Under the pieces are notes generated by a model, which worked only from the letters and a program-made list of their open reading frames with translations, was not told the origin of the DNA and did not search any database. Shown here in pieces: positions 63,401-64,000 of a DNA stretch of 64,000 nt (positions are counted from its first letter, which is position 1; every line of letters begins with the position of its first letter). A program made the position numbers and the translations under genes. The stretch is from Pelagomonas calceolata (taxonomy: Eukaryota): contig CAKKNE010000001.1 in assembly GCA_918797485.1 (NCBI GenBank), positions 4,774,001 through 4,838,000 on the forward strand, in the 5' to 3' direction.

Positions 63401-64000
63401 TTCATTTCTTCTTGCCCAGGGTCCCTCTCGAAGCACCAGGCCACGAGCTCATGCGCCGTTTTCGGCATCTTTACAGTGTCATCGCCCAGCTCTTCGAACT
63501 CTTTGCTGACCTCTTCGAACTCCCACAAGCCCGTGCGCGTCAGGGCTATTTCGCGGTCAAATGTCGTTGCCAGAACTTTGTTATCCAGGGCTTTTAGTGG
63601 ATCTTGTTTGGGGGCCCTGCGCTTGAACCACGATTTCTTGATGGCGTAGCTGTAATGGTTCAAGGCGCGTATGAACTCCACCCCGGCGCTGTTATAGGTG
63701 AACAGCGCGTGCGCCACTTCCTCGCTTTTCGTCAGGTTCATCTGTAGTACCTTGTTGTCGACGATGTTCTTGTCGAGCATTGTCAGCGTCCCCCACGCCG
63801 CGAGCGCCGCCCGCGCGCGCTCGTCCGACAGCGACATGAGCCGCTGGTCGGATTCTTCCTGGGAGGACCGGGACCGGACCTGTCCCGCAACGGAGTCGAG
63901 CTGCGCCTGGAAATCCAGCGTAGAGAAGCCGCTCTCCCACCAGCCGTTCGCGCCCAGGCCGCGAAAGCACATGGACGGCAACTCTAGCCCGAAGGCGTCG
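60448..64000 (-). CDS. SLOG (LSDAT/TRPM N-terminal-like) + two SLATT-like 2TM modules; 5' end outside the window
   Basis: Frame open to the window edge; FGLELPSMCF, FMGAVVQAAYESKGWLISE, CTHMIF, LVLLRSSGFWVD; 2TM+ESEVKSLIYRYRTRTGDF; DDYERFRL+2TM+LVQDTESVL. Confidence 0.75.
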   Translation of the reverse strand, partial: DAFGLELPSMCFRGLGANGWWESGFSTLDFQAQLDSVAGQVRSRSSQEESDQRLMSLSDERARAALAAWGTLTMLDKNIVDNKVLQMNLTKSEEVAHALFTYNSAGVEFIRALNHYSYAIKKSWFKRRAPKQDPLKALDNKVLATTFDREIALTRTGLWEFEEVSKEFEELGDDTVKMPKTAHELVAWCFERDPGQEEMKAKNFLLKEHKLVRETGRFLGDPVRTAEGLAAEALAAEAYAGGHGRDGRSAEAPAPAADEVLSVPASEAEVNSPLTKDRASGDSKNPSAAPATDIDALADQVLVELQGKKREMYRDQLVQSIKDLKKAWKDVCEAVKNAEITKEQFTLDAEKLLRERQVERDKRLYDIRMENYASRGSAFMGAVVQAAYESKGWLISEWNCRESFNKSPAMFEKGIQRFSQLNDVSGLTYLGLHTTDQSLTSKRKLQEVVKSWRFDADGDEPPKSSMKTIMKRLKSSMKKIVAEELDAPDKRGPFEIWRYGEDPIDLYSYAAPNFQDARTVYTYKKTSTAVDGMVKELRMKWPRRDCAMRLRRAHGTQLPGDNKEADDDLDHLCEILRAELSPYCTHMIFFRHEADKIAFSRYLWRLLPHATAVMCGKDSRAFDKSIERAQGGGQLVLLRSSGFWVDQMCQAIDDARNRRTPGYKKLSTLTVPPDVHDSSWLVFDALREDANHIADRITKCLSMASREESAIIGFNRAEQARLLYAWQLVLTYRRNFERLSGWDLVLSSITIICAMITTCTGLVAYADPAYFRGRGDVVAGLLSIVTGFLLGAQRYFEFGTKAAACELAESEVKSLIYRYRTRTGDFSYGDGGESQLKASQAAFRAARADRQAKEQARGLAFTRAFEKTGAFDEVAMTTLQRQFESTGSEADAAADAPAPVARGSNVRAVHFQEQLVAAEARLRQSDVRTEPLQAGQTFDEYQRAGHMYDPKHIHWVKKLCCNWVRTRRWCMWITGTVSAAGRRVAPADGDADTDIVKIDKDFSVRQGVMNSQDSEDRDDGIGLVTGDDYERFRLLMNLRTLTKSSRRYGQIQQTLELARLLCMGAATGASLFGHPEYVVVALAVVGGLSAFATLLGGQQRVAMLISTISELHRIRIWWYSLSTVERRLLQHRERLVQDTESVLLTLAGAWAAASIKRARAAQDPDKKENDDFAATRQRRPEGA

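Noticed and set aside
1..64000. Hundreds of overlapping Arg/Pro/Ala-rich antisense and alternate-frame ORFs
   Set aside because: Expected shadow ORFs in high-GC coding DNA; no motifs, and they overlap well-supported genes

Overview
Eukaryotic nuclear DNA: GC-rich, very gene-dense and intron-poor. The gene set (fucoxanthin-chlorophyll LHC, bipartite plastid-targeting peptides, CFAP65) and intron style point to a photosynthetic flagellated stramenopile, most plausibly a pelagophyte (Pelagomonas/Aureococcus-like; inference). About 38 protein-coding genes, mostly alternating in strand, with very short convergent spacers. Main signals: (1) five short introns sharing a terminal inverted repeat (about CTGTGYRKAAATCAA...TTGATTTMYRCACAG), one with a perfect 8-bp target-site duplication, i.e. 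introner-type transposons; (2) a CTAG-bounded 21-24 bp motif (GCTAGCGGCNTGTAAGACACTAG) seen 8-11 times, only in promoter-side intergenic gaps; (3) a TRPM-like SLOG(LSDAT)-SLATT-SLATT protein resembling bacterial nucleotide-sensing conflict effectors; (4) an ATRX-like remodeler with extra FHA-, WW-, MBD- and RAMA-like modules; (5) two diverged coiled-coil paralogs, one with an inserted EF-hand pair; (6) a second dispersed ACGCCATCGACGC-core repeat. No rRNA, tRNA or CRISPR was recognised. All domain calls come from reading motifs by eye, not from database searches.
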